Positions 9,163 through 18,032 of a stretch of DNA of 64,000 nucleotides are shown piece after piece. The notes below the pieces were generated by a model that ran no database searches, was not told the origin of the DNA, and was given only the letters and a program-made list of their open reading frames with translations. The translations under genes were made by a program, and so were the position numbers. This DNA comes from Winogradskyella sp. (GTDB lineage: Bacteria > Bacteroidota > Bacteroidia > Flavobacteriales > Flavobacteriaceae). The number at the start of each line of letters is the position of its first letter. The stretch's first letter is position 1. The stretch is from the NCBI RefSeq assembly GCF_028289625.1, contig NZ_JANQOM010000053.1, forward strand, positions 2,023-66,022, written 5' to 3'.

Positions 9163-10212
9163 ATGCTAGAAAACATATATTTTATCGCATCTTTCGTAGG
9201 GATATTGATGGGATTTATATTAATATCTCAGCTATTTAAAGGCAAAAAATCAGATTTTTTTATTGGAATCGTTGTTTTGACTTTAGGCATAGAATTATTG
9301 TTTTCTTGGGGTGTTCTATCTGGCTATACCAATAGCCCAAATGCCATTCCTTACTGGAAGTTGTTGAATTACCTACTACTACCACCATCTACTTGGTTGT
9401 TTATTAAGTATAACACAAATGATAATTTCAAACTACAACTGTGGCATTACAGTCTGTTTTTACCAGCAATTATAGCCTATGGTTTAGAGCTTTACTCAGA
9501 CCTTGTAACAATTTCATTGTGGAAATATGATGCATGGATTTGGCTGACTGAATACCTGCCAATATTGGGTATGCTTTATGTAATTATATTTTTTTGGGTC
9601 ATTTATTATAAGCTACACTTCGGCAAAGGAAAGAGCAAACAAAAAAAACAAAAAATCCAACAATTAAGGCTAGTTCTATTAATGGTAAGTATAACTCTAT
9701 TGACATTGTTATGGTTGATTTTCACCTTTATTGGTTGGGATTATTATAACATGATTGAGATTATCATAATATCTATGTTCCTTGGATTCACTGTTTTGAA
9801 CTTTGTGCATAATCAAGGATTTCAGACACTAAAGCTAGAAGAAAAGAATCGTAGTTTTCCTAATTATAACGACGAGGAAAACGTTAAATTATTGAAAAAG
9901 CATTTAGAGCAAAATCAACCATACCTAAAACCCATACTTCCTTTGAAGGAATTAGCACTCCAATTAAGCCTCCCACCAAGATATTTATCATTTTTAATCA
10001 ATGAATACCTCGGTAAAAACTATAAGGAATTTATTAATGAGTATAGAGTTAATGCCTTTTTGAACAAAGTTCAATCTAACGAACTGAATACCAAAACCAT
10101 TTTAGGTCTTGCCTTGGAGTGCGGCTTCAATTCAAAATCTACTTTCAACTACGTTTTTAAAAATATTACCGGTAATTCCCCTAAGGAGTATTTAAATAAG
10201 TATTCCAAATAA
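9163..10212 (+). CDS. AraC-family transcriptional regulator with N-terminal multi-TM domain
   Basis: 349 aa with about 7 TM helices, then a C-terminal AraC HTH (GFNSKSTFNYVFKNITGNSPKEY). Confidence 0.85.
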   Translation: MLENIYFIASFVGILMGFILISQLFKGKKSDFFIGIVVLTLGIELLFSWGVLSGYTNSPNAIPYWKLLNYLLLPPSTWLFIKYNTNDNFKLQLWHYSLFLPAIIAYGLELYSDLVTISLWKYDAWIWLTEYLPILGMLYVIIFFWVIYYKLHFGKGKSKQKKQKIQQLRLVLLMVSITLLTLLWLIFTFIGWDYYNMIEIIIISMFLGFTVLNFVHNQGFQTLKLEEKNRSFPNYNDEENVKLLKKHLEQNQPYLKPILPLKELALQLSLPPRYLSFLINEYLGKNYKEFINEYRVNAFLNKVQSNELNTKTILGLALECGFNSKSTFNYVFKNITGNSPKEYLNKYSK

Positions 10213-10298
10213 GTGTTTTTGTACTTCCTAAAACGTGTTTTAGGTCGATTCTTACCATAGAACAGTGGTTCTTTGTGTAAAATTTAAAAACACTATTT

Positions 10299-11339
10299 AT
10301 GAGAATTACAATTATCCTTTTGATTATTATTTTGCCTACACAGGTATTTTCACAGAACAATAAAATTACGATTAACACAAATAAAAATATTGAGTTCTTA
10401 GGGTATATTATTGAACAAGGTGACCCTATGGGCAACGAAAAGAGCCATCCCATTTCTGTCATAATTAATAAGTATCCCGAGAATAAGAATAGTGAAACGT
10501 TGTTGAAGCTATTCAATCTGGCTAGTGATATAAATTATAGCACGCTAACATATCTAATGTATTTTTTACCTGAATTACCCTTAGCCAAAGATTACAGTGT
10601 ATCTCTAGAACTTGCATCCTATCTAGGATTTAATTCAGAAACCGAAAAGAAAAACCTCAATCAAATGGTATCGGAATTAAATAACTACTATCATGAATCA
10701 AATTTCGACACCATATGGAACGAACTTAGACCTTATCGAAAAAATATAACATCTATTTTGCACGAAAATCGACCTGAATCAAAGGTTTTTGACCAAATGG
10801 AAATGTTCTATCAATACAAATATGATCATTACAGCATACAGCCAATTATAACGCTTTGGCCATGTGGATTCGGTATCCGAGATTTAGAAAACAAAAGAGC
10901 CGTCTTTGTAATGGGACCTTTAAACATAAATTATGATTTCACTGATCAAGAAGCTTATATAAATTTAGCAATTCACGAATTTGGACACTCATTTGTAAAT
11001 CACGTGGTACTTAAAAATGAAAATCTTTTAAACAAAACGAAGAAACTATTCGCACCTATTAAGGAGGATATGACCAGACAGGGATATTCCGATTGGAAAA
11101 CGTGTATCATAGAACATTTTGTCAGAGCTGGAGAAGTTATTATTAGAGATTTAATGGGTGATAAAAAACAAAGTGAAGCCTTATTAAAGTCCTATACAGA
11201 AGATAAAAAATATATTTTTCTTCCTTCTATAGTTCAGAGCCTTAAGGCTTATCGATTGGATAAAAATTTATCTTATGAAGCTGCTGTAACTGCTTCGCTG
11301 AGTGATTTATCCGAAGAGATGAAAATTGAAAACGAATAG
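10299..11339 (+). CDS. secreted HEXXH zinc-metallopeptidase-like protein (possibly DUF4932 family)
   Basis: 346 aa with a signal peptide and motif IHEFGHSFVNH. Paralog of the next gene. Confidence 0.65.
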   Translation: MRITIILLIIILPTQVFSQNNKITINTNKNIEFLGYIIEQGDPMGNEKSHPISVIINKYPENKNSETLLKLFNLASDINYSTLTYLMYFLPELPLAKDYSVSLELASYLGFNSETEKKNLNQMVSELNNYYHESNFDTIWNELRPYRKNITSILHENRPESKVFDQMEMFYQYKYDHYSIQPIITLWPCGFGIRDLENKRAVFVMGPLNINYDFTDQEAYINLAIHEFGHSFVNHVVLKNENLLNKTKKLFAPIKEDMTRQGYSDWKTCIIEHFVRAGEVIIRDLMGDKKQSEALLKSYTEDKKYIFLPSIVQSLKAYRLDKNLSYEAAVTASLSDLSEEMKIENE

Positions 11340-11400
11340 TCTAACTGTTGCTAATAATGGCTATAATTCAACGTTACCTTTTAACTTTAAAACAAAAACC
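11339..11400 (+). repeat. collapsed attC remnant
   Basis: GTCTAAC (11339-11345), then AATGGCTATAATTCA (L''-like, compare site 9), then TAACTTTA (11382-11389). No GTT right box. Confidence 0.4.
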
Positions 11401-11407
11401 AAATCTG

Positions 11408-12595
11408 ATGCAAAAATTATTGACTTTAGGAATTTTAACACTACTCATTTCCTGCCAAACCCCAAAAAAGCATTCTGACAAATTCTTTACAAACTTTAAT
11501 AAGAATATAGAAACCTATTTTCTAGCCGAGCTACTTTCTATAAATCATAGAAAAACAAACAAGCAATGGGAGGAATACAAACTAAAAACCTGTAAAGAAT
11601 ACCAACCTATTGTTGCCAAAGCCTTAGCTGATTTTGGAAACCTTAACCAAAGTAAAATAGCGATAGAAACAGCTAAACTAAATGATACCTTAGTAAGTTT
11701 AGGATATGGAAACGATGTTATGATGGGAATTTTATTAGAGCAACCTGAATTTAATCTTTTACAAGAGCCTTCAGATTTTAAATTTTCATATACCCATTTG
11801 AAAAACCCACAAAAAAAGGGATTGGAACAACTAATCTCAGATTATTTAAAATTACTATACAATTTCTATCAAAATGAGAACATCGATGATTTCTACGAGA
11901 AAAATATACGTTTTTACAATGGTGCAATCAATGAAGTTCAGACGCATATACCCGAAGGATTTACAGAAGCAATGGAAATATATTATGGGGACGACAGAGA
12001 TGAATATATTGCTTTGGTGAGCCCTATGATGATTTGGCCCATAGAAGACAATGAAGGACGAGGAATAGCAGCGACGGTTAAAAAAGATGGTAAACGCATA
12101 GTTTATGAAGTTATGAGCCCTTACGTTCAAGTGCCAGTTGATTTTACAAAAAACAACTACGATCAATTCGGTTTTGATTATCAACCGAGAGCAAGAACTT
12201 TAACGATTCATGAGTTTGGACATTCATTTGTCAATTCAGAACTCGTACCATATCAAAAACAAATTGAGAGACATTCTTATCTATTTACCGATCGTTTAGA
12301 AAAAGTAATGGAAACAAAGGGTGTTCAAGATTGGAATGTTCATGTCATTGAAAGCTTTGTACGCTTAGGAGAGATTAGAATAGCCGAAATTCAAAACGAT
12401 AAAAAAAGGGCTGATTATTTACGAAACTATCATACTAATTTGGAGGATTTCATTTTTCTACCACAATTAGAGGAAAAAATAATCGAGTTTGAAAATAATC
12501 GGGAAAAATACCCAATGTGGAAAAATTTCATTCCAGAACTTTTAAGCGTGTTTGAGGAAAGCACGACAGAATTCGTGAATAAAAAACTAAAATAA
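11408..12595 (+). CDS. HEXXH zinc-metallopeptidase-like lipoprotein (paralog of 10299..11339)
   Basis: ORF 11348..12595 (TTG) trimmed to the ATG at 11408, which gives the lipoprotein signal LLISCQ. Motif IHEFGHSFVN. Confidence 0.65.
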   Translation: MQKLLTLGILTLLISCQTPKKHSDKFFTNFNKNIETYFLAELLSINHRKTNKQWEEYKLKTCKEYQPIVAKALADFGNLNQSKIAIETAKLNDTLVSLGYGNDVMMGILLEQPEFNLLQEPSDFKFSYTHLKNPQKKGLEQLISDYLKLLYNFYQNENIDDFYEKNIRFYNGAINEVQTHIPEGFTEAMEIYYGDDRDEYIALVSPMMIWPIEDNEGRGIAATVKKDGKRIVYEVMSPYVQVPVDFTKNNYDQFGFDYQPRARTLTIHEFGHSFVNSELVPYQKQIERHSYLFTDRLEKVMETKGVQDWNVHVIESFVRLGEIRIAEIQNDKKRADYLRNYHTNLEDFIFLPQLEEKIIEFENNREKYPMWKNFIPELLSVFEESTTEFVNKKLK

Positions 12596-12600
12596 ACGTC

Positions 12601-12733
12601 ACATAACGCAGTATATAAGCAATAACGGTTTGAGTGCAAACTCGAACCGTTTTTTGTTTAAATTAAGTTATATTGTAACCCGAAAAGTGATCTTATAAAA
12701 ATCTGCTACTGCTCATATGCAAAACCGTTGAGT
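12601..12733 (+). repeat. attC-like site 10
   Basis: Left box ACATAAC (12601-12607). L'' GCAGTATAT pairs with L' ATATGC. Spacer AAAACC. Right box GTTGAGT (12727-12733). Contains a terminator-like hairpin. Confidence 0.55.
12624..12656 (+). terminator. rho-independent terminator-like hairpin inside attC site 10
   Basis: AACGGTTTGAGT, loop GCAA, ACTCGAACCGTT, followed by TTTTT. Confidence 0.6.
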
Positions 12734-12782
12734 GGCATAACAAGACGGAATCGTAGCTCCTAAGTTTACTAAAAAAACTCTT

Positions 12783-13385
12783 TTGTACGAGAATTGTAAA
12801 TACCAATTGTTCAGAACTGCCTTAGAAGAAGGTGCGCCTATTACAGACGAAAATTGGGATACAATAAAACCTCATTTAAAACTTAGGCATTTTAACAAAG
12901 GAGAGGCCATAATTGAACACGGTCAAGTTGAAAACTATCTCTCAGTAGTAGCAAAGGGGTGCGTAAGATTTTTTGTTCATAAAGATGGTAATGAAATAAA
13001 TTTTGAGTTTTCGTTTGAAGGTGAGTTTTCTACTTCCTATGCCTCTTTCTTATCCAGACGTCCTTCGTTTGTGTTGATGGAAGCTGTTGAAGACGTAACC
13101 TTGATCAGTATACACTATGATAATTTACAAACTTTATACAAGGATTCTGCTACCGGAGAAAAAATTGGGCGGCTAACTACAGAAGGCTACTATATATGGC
13201 GGGAACATCGTGAAATTCAATTGCTCACACTTTCTGCAGAAGAACTATATATTGACTTACTTAATCAATATCCCGAATACATCAACCGTATCCCACAAAA
13301 GTATTTGGCTTCATATCTTCAGGTACAACCTGAGTCACTAAGTAGAATAAAACGACGAATTTATAGTAATAAAAAACGAAAATAA
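12783..13385 (+). CDS. Crp/Fnr-family transcriptional regulator (cNMP-binding domain)
   Basis: 200 aa with a cNMP-binding-like beta-roll and a C-terminal HTH (ASYLQVQPESLSRIKRR). The only available start is TTG. Confidence 0.7.
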   Translation: MYENCKYQLFRTALEEGAPITDENWDTIKPHLKLRHFNKGEAIIEHGQVENYLSVVAKGCVRFFVHKDGNEINFEFSFEGEFSTSYASFLSRRPSFVLMEAVEDVTLISIHYDNLQTLYKDSATGEKIGRLTTEGYYIWREHREIQLLTLSAEELYIDLLNQYPEYINRIPQKYLASYLQVQPESLSRIKRRIYSNKKRK

Positions 13386-13449
13386 CCCAGGTTATTTTTA
13401 GTCAAGTTTCCTCTACGGAACTTTGTAATGAAATTCAAAAATTGAAATT

Positions 13450-14172
13450 ATGAAAGTTCACAAGAGGTTTTTAATGACAATTATTGCCTTAAGTATCTTT
13501 ACTTTATCTAATGCTCAAGAGATGGCTACCACGTTTAATAAGCATAATAACTTCTATATAAGTTTTGGGGCAGGCACTTCTGTACTGAGGGATCTTCCAT
13601 CGGATATTTATTTTGACGGAAGTACCAACCTACAGTTGGGATTTATGTACGAACGTGCATTTCACAAACGATTTTCTTTTCTTACTGGTATTGAGTTTGA
13701 ACAGGCAACTTATAATTTTAACGGAGACCTTGATTTTAACTCGAATAATGGTTTTGATCTAGTCAGAGCTGGACCAGACAAGAAATATACAGGGTTTAGG
13801 CAACGCAATCTCACGGCCCCAATTCAAGGAAGGTTCTATTTTATGGATAACAATGCTTCCGATTCGCGCAATATATTTATTCAGGCTGGATTAAGATTAA
13901 CCCAGTCTCTGGACTTCATTGGTAATGATAGTTTTGAAACTTATTATTTTTATCGCAGTAGAGGAAAAGATGAGTCAATCATGTTAACAGATTTTGTCAA
14001 TCAAAGGCGCATACAATTAGAATTCATGTTTGGATTTAAAGGACAGTTTTTTAAAAAGTTTGATGTATTAAATGCCTCAACTTTAGGCTTTATGTATCAA
14101 TTGAATCCGATTTTTACAAGTGATTCAACAGCAGTACATCCAATACATTTCACATGGCGATTTTTGTTTTAA
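13450..14172 (+). CDS. outer-membrane beta-barrel protein
   Basis: 240 aa with a signal peptide (LSNAQ), alternating amphipathic strands and a C-terminal aromatic residue (RFLF). Confidence 0.6.
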   Translation: MKVHKRFLMTIIALSIFTLSNAQEMATTFNKHNNFYISFGAGTSVLRDLPSDIYFDGSTNLQLGFMYERAFHKRFSFLTGIEFEQATYNFNGDLDFNSNNGFDLVRAGPDKKYTGFRQRNLTAPIQGRFYFMDNNASDSRNIFIQAGLRLTQSLDFIGNDSFETYYFYRSRGKDESIMLTDFVNQRRIQLEFMFGFKGQFFKKFDVLNASTLGFMYQLNPIFTSDSTAVHPIHFTWRFLF

Positions 14173-14194
14173 CAACAAATTGAACGTAAGAGAT

Positions 14195-14836
14195 ATGGAC
14201 AGAAGAACTAAGGAAAATAATGACTCTACCTGGTTAAATACCTTAAAACAGCATTTTCCATGGAAAGCATTTTTTGTTGGAGCACTTTTACCTATTATCG
14301 TATATTACATTTTTCACCTATATGGCCAGCCCTTAACTGGTGCTTTTATAGCTGCCGCATGGGGAGGTGTTGTTGTTCTCATATCACATTTTATTCTGCG
14401 AGATGTTAATCTTTTCGCCATATTATCCTTACCACTTACACTTATAGAAATTATAGGAACTCTAATAACATTGAGCCCAGACTTTTATTTAGCAACATCG
14501 GCAATAGATCATTTTCTTTGGGCTGTTGTATTTTTAATATCGTTAGCATTTTCTCGTCCATTGATACTAGTTTTTGCCGACGCAATGAAAAGTATTCCGA
14601 ATACTACCGAAATTCTTGAATTTCGTAAAACAAAAGCATTCAGAAATGCTTGGGTTAAGCTAACCTATATCTGGGCCGCTGCACATTTAGTGTCTGCTAT
14701 TGTATTGATTATTTCTCAACTTTATACGTCAGTCGAATTCTTTTTAATTATTAGAACCTTATTAAACTTGCCCTTATTAGCTGTTTTAATAACTATAAGT
14801 TTTTGGTTTCCGGAATGGTATTGGGAAAAATCTTGA
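14195..14836 (+). CDS. integral membrane protein, unknown family
   Basis: ORF 14120..14836 trimmed to the ATG at 14195 to remove overlap with the previous CDS. About 6 TM helices. Confidence 0.55.
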   Translation: MDRRTKENNDSTWLNTLKQHFPWKAFFVGALLPIIVYYIFHLYGQPLTGAFIAAAWGGVVVLISHFILRDVNLFAILSLPLTLIEIIGTLITLSPDFYLATSAIDHFLWAVVFLISLAFSRPLILVFADAMKSIPNTTEILEFRKTKAFRNAWVKLTYIWAAAHLVSAIVLIISQLYTSVEFFLIIRTLLNLPLLAVLITISFWFPEWYWEKS

Positions 14837-14863
14837 ATAAATCAACTAAAAAAATATTTAAAT

Positions 14864-15877
14864 ATGAAAACCGTTAAAATACTAATCACCGTCCTTATTG
14901 TTAGTTTGACAAGTAGCTGCATGCATAAAAGCAATACCAGCATGGATGATGTTCTTAACTCTAAACTTTTGGTCTATCAGATTTCTGGTTTTGATGGGCC
15001 CAAAGTGAATATCAATAACGATAGTCTTGCACAGTTCCTCACGTCTTTGTACTACAACGTTCCACTTACTGATATTGAAACAGCATTACAATGGGATTCA
15101 GAAACAACATTGAATAATATCGATGTGCTCATCGAAAACAAGTTACTTTCAAAAAGAGGTGATTATTATCAACCAACTCTTGGAATATTGACTCTAGAGC
15201 GAGGACAACTATTGAAAGAAGAGGCTCAAAAAGTAGCCAACATTATTGCAGACAGTATTATAAAGAGCTTACCTAAAATTCAAAAGATACACGACCAAAC
15301 CAATATTTCCAATTACCATGATTTTAAAGAATTATCTTTCTTTTATCTCAGTAATGTTCTTCTTGATAATTTTCAAATTCAGGCCATGGAAGAAGGTTTT
15401 TTAAATAAGCCGCGACCTATGAGAAATGGGAGTAGATATTATATCGCTATTGTTGAAGACTATACAGACAACAAAACAGAGCCCTATGGTATCTATGGAA
15501 ACCAAGGTCTTTTTTGGAACGATTCCATTGGCATTTCTGTTTATGGCAATAAAAGAGTTAAGTCTAATGTAGGCTGGGATAATTATGAGGATAAGGAGGT
15601 TTATGTTTTTGATAAAGATGATACGCCTTTGGTTACAGAGAAAATGCCAACAGCTTTTTTACCAACTTTACTTGATCTACTTAATGACAACAAATCAAAT
15701 TTTGAATCCACTTATCAAAAACTGAATTTTGACAAAGAAGTTACCTTCGAGGAATTTTTTATTTTTTACTATCACTTTGTATATACTGTAGCTACCGATA
15801 TTCTTATTGAAAAAGACATTATAATTAAGCCTCAAAACAGTTTGTTTTATTATCAAATTGCACATAAGGTTCAATAA
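14864..15877 (+). CDS. hypothetical lipoprotein
   Basis: 337 aa with signal LTSSC. No family recognised. Confidence 0.55.
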   Translation: MKTVKILITVLIVSLTSSCMHKSNTSMDDVLNSKLLVYQISGFDGPKVNINNDSLAQFLTSLYYNVPLTDIETALQWDSETTLNNIDVLIENKLLSKRGDYYQPTLGILTLERGQLLKEEAQKVANIIADSIIKSLPKIQKIHDQTNISNYHDFKELSFFYLSNVLLDNFQIQAMEEGFLNKPRPMRNGSRYYIAIVEDYTDNKTEPYGIYGNQGLFWNDSIGISVYGNKRVKSNVGWDNYEDKEVYVFDKDDTPLVTEKMPTAFLPTLLDLLNDNKSNFESTYQKLNFDKEVTFEEFFIFYYHFVYTVATDILIEKDIIIKPQNSLFYYQIAHKVQ

Positions 15878-15926
15878 TTAGTTTATTGTTGCTTAAAATT
15901 AAAAATCTAAAAAGAGTTAAAATGCC

Positions 15927-16127
15927 AAACAACTAGAATGACTATAGTTAATTAAGGCTAACTCCGATAGGGTATTCAACGCTTATTTACTATCTTTAAG
16001 CTACAGCAGGAAAGAATCCTCTCACCTTTGCTAAAGCTTCGGTGAGCGTAGACGGATTTTTCTGCAACGACATGAAACGTCTTTAGTGTCGTACTGACGA
16101 AGTAAATCATAGCCGAAACCGTTAGAA
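15927..16127 (+). repeat. attC-like site 11 (family A variant, 201 bp)
   Basis: GCCAAACAAC (15924-15933) matches the reverse complement of GTTGAGTGGC (12727-12736) at 8/10. L'' GACTATAG pairs with L' TCATAGCC. Its right end is near-identical to site 0 (ACTGACG.AGTAAA.CATAGCC.AAACCGTTAG). Right box GTTAGAA (16121-16127). Confidence 0.75.
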
Positions 16128-16147
16128 AGTTTAATAATAACAAAACT

Positions 16148-16312
16148 ATGGGTAACGCAAACGATCCTACTGATCACGAATATGGAATCAGTAATGAACA
16201 AAGAGCTAGAAGGGAAAGCTCAAAGAAATCGGATAATAATCCTTGGCCAGGAATTGGTGGAGCAATTATTTTACTTTTAATCATATTTGCACTGTTAAAA
16301 GGATGTTCTTGA
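16148..16312 (+). CDS. small tail-anchored membrane protein (54 aa; below ORF-track cutoff)
   Basis: Hand translation: MGNANDPTDHEYGISNEQRARRESSKKSDNNPWPGIGGAIILLLIIFALLKGCS. It is the only ORF in a cassette-sized unit between two attC-like sites. Confidence 0.35.
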   Translation: MGNANDPTDHEYGISNEQRARRESSKKSDNNPWPGIGGAIILLLIIFALLKGCS

Positions 16313-16330
16313 ATTTAAAACAAAGAAATT

Positions 16331-16467
16331 CCCTAACAATTCTTCAGCGTGAATTCAAAAGTTAAAAACCTCCCACTCAAAAATCGCTTCAACAATCCCG
16401 TTGCCGGTATTACTCAAATGAATTAACTTTGGGCTACAGATGAAAATCATCATCGAGAACGTTGTAC
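16331..16467 (+). repeat. attC-like site 12
   Basis: Left box CCCTAAC (16331-16337), a partial complement of GTTAGAA. Internal TTG-N20-TAACTTTG (16401-16431). Right box GTTGTAC (16461-16467). Confidence 0.65.
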
Positions 16468-16479
16468 TTAATTTGAGAA

Positions 16480-17094
16480 ATGATGAGTAAAAAATCAATC
16501 TTGATTTCCGTCCTTATAATCGCAATTGGACTCACACTCTGGAATTTTGGATTCTTCAATCGATATAATTACTTGACTGCTAAAGCAGACATTGCAAAAA
16601 ATAACCCTCAAATAGTTTATGTTGGTGAATCAATATTAACACCAGCAGATTTAAATAAAGTAAGTAAAAAGTATGGCTTTGAAATCGTTGGTCTAGGTTG
16701 CACACTGAGTGGAGTTGAGCAAAATGGAATTGATATTTACAATTCCCAGATTAACAACTATCTGGACAAGCTAAACGGAAACGGATGGAAATCTGAATAC
16801 ACAAAAGAGATTGATTCTTTGATGAAGCTAACTAACATTCCAAAAACTGCATTTTGGATTGAAAAAAATGGAAATGGACATTGGTACAATGTAGATTTTA
16901 TGCATAGCCATAAAAACAATGCGAGAATTTCGATTTTTGACAAATTTGGTGAGCTAATAACCAAAGGGCATTTTATTCTAATTTGTCCTAGTGATGAAAT
17001 TGAATTTATGGGCGAATTAGATACTCAAATCGACTTTTATGATGGTGAAAAAATTCAACTTAAAAGTAATTGTTATTTGATGAAAAGAAAATAA
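16480..17094 (+). CDS. hypothetical protein with N-terminal TM anchor
   Basis: 204-aa ORF. No family recognised. Confidence 0.5.
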   Translation: MMSKKSILISVLIIAIGLTLWNFGFFNRYNYLTAKADIAKNNPQIVYVGESILTPADLNKVSKKYGFEIVGLGCTLSGVEQNGIDIYNSQINNYLDKLNGNGWKSEYTKEIDSLMKLTNIPKTAFWIEKNGNGHWYNVDFMHSHKNNARISIFDKFGELITKGHFILICPSDEIEFMGELDTQIDFYDGEKIQLKSNCYLMKRK

Positions 17095-17102
17095 ACTGCT
17101 TA

Positions 17103-17201
17103 AAACAACAGTAAAATCACTTTACCACTCCACATTGCTCAAATCACTCAAATTCATTAACTTTAAGTTACGGAGGAAAATCGTAGCCGAGACTGTTAGG
17201 C
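17103..17201 (+). repeat. attC-like site 13
   Basis: TTAAAACAAC (17100-17109) approximates the reverse complement of GTTGTACTTAA (16461-16471). A 40-nt core (17127-17166) is identical to 18567-18606. Right box GTTAGGC (17195-17201). Confidence 0.7.
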
Positions 17202-17899
17202 ACAAGTTGAAATCAAATACATTGAATAAAAGATTAATAAGCATTCTAAAAGCCGTTTTGGCAACTCTATTGTATATAGTTGGAATGGAGCTTATTGGTT
17301 CTTGGCTTTATATCGCAGAAGCCATTGAATTCAAAAATTATAATAGTTACTATAATTTAATACAAGGTATATTACAATTTATAGGAGTTCTAATTTTTAT
17401 ATACTTCATTAAAAACAGGACATTTAAAAGTTTGATTAAGAAAACGGATAGAAAATGGTATTTACTTGCACTTATATTGGGTGTTTCATTTGCTTTTATA
17501 CAAACACCATTAAAGTGGGTTTACAACTTATTGTTTGGGACTGAATATTACATTGCTTATAGATTTGATGGATTACCAAAATTCAAGAATATAAATATGA
17601 TTTCAGGCGTACTTCTGATTCCTATTGCCGAAGAACTTTTTTTCAGAGAGTATATCCAAAATAAATTACAGAAAAAAACCAACATAATAGTTGCTATTTT
17701 AACAGCGTCTATATTGTTTGCTTCAATTCACTCACCTTATCTTAATTTAATATTTGATTCGGTAAAACAAGATTGGCATTGGTTTTATTTGACAATATTT
17801 GGTGGCATACTCTCAGGACTCTTATATTACAAATCCAATTCAATTGGGCCACCTATTATCTTTCACATGTTTTGGAATATAATGGTATATATTGTCTGA
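17135..17899 (+). CDS. CPBP-family intramembrane glutamic endopeptidase (CAAX protease/bacteriocin-immunity type); true start uncertain
   Basis: Motifs EELFFREY, FASIHS and HMFWN. The first ~22 codons of the tracked ORF are attC site 13 sequence. The real start is probably downstream, for example an in-frame TTG around 17207-17225. Confidence 0.75.
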   Translation: MLKSLKFINFKLRRKIVAETVRHKLKSNTLNKRLISILKAVLATLLYIVGMELIGSWLYIAEAIEFKNYNSYYNLIQGILQFIGVLIFIYFIKNRTFKSLIKKTDRKWYLLALILGVSFAFIQTPLKWVYNLLFGTEYYIAYRFDGLPKFKNINMISGVLLIPIAEELFFREYIQNKLQKKTNIIVAILTASILFASIHSPYLNLIFDSVKQDWHWFYLTIFGGILSGLLYYKSNSIGPPIIFHMFWNIMVYIV

Positions 17900-17916
17900 T
17901 ATGTATAAAAGCCAGT

Positions 17917-18017
17917 GCCTAAAAATACCTATAACCCCTTCCCTAACCATATTGCTCGTGTCAGTCTAATTAACTAACTTTAGGCTATAGCGGAAAACCT
18001 TAGCCAAGAAGTTAGCA
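17917..18017 (+). repeat. attC-like site 14
   Basis: AGTGCCTAAA (17914-17923) matches the reverse complement of GTTAGGCACA (17195-17204) at 8/10. Internal TAACTTTA-GGCTATAGCGGAAAAC module. Right box GTTAGCA (18011-18017). Confidence 0.65.
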
Positions 18018-18032
18018 TGTAAGCTCGAATAA

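Noticed and set aside
10227-10244. CCTAAAAC-GT-GTTTTAGG palindrome as a minimal attC
   Set aside because: The 2-nt loop cannot fold as drawn, and there are no L boxes. It could equally be a chance palindrome or a terminator remnant. It is kept only as a possible scar in the multi-gene segment finding.
14120-14194. Upstream start (14120) of the membrane-protein ORF overlapping the OM barrel gene by 53 nt
   Set aside because: The overlapping part translates the other gene's 3' end in another frame. The ATG at 14195 removes the overlap and precedes the first TM helix.
17135-17201. N-terminal ~22 residues of the tracked CPBP ORF (MLKSLKFINFKLRRKIVAETVR)
   Set aside because: This stretch is a translation of attC site 13, and an identical core recurs non-coding at 18567-18606. 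The TTG start at 17135 coincides with the putative -33 element. The true start is probably downstream of 17201.
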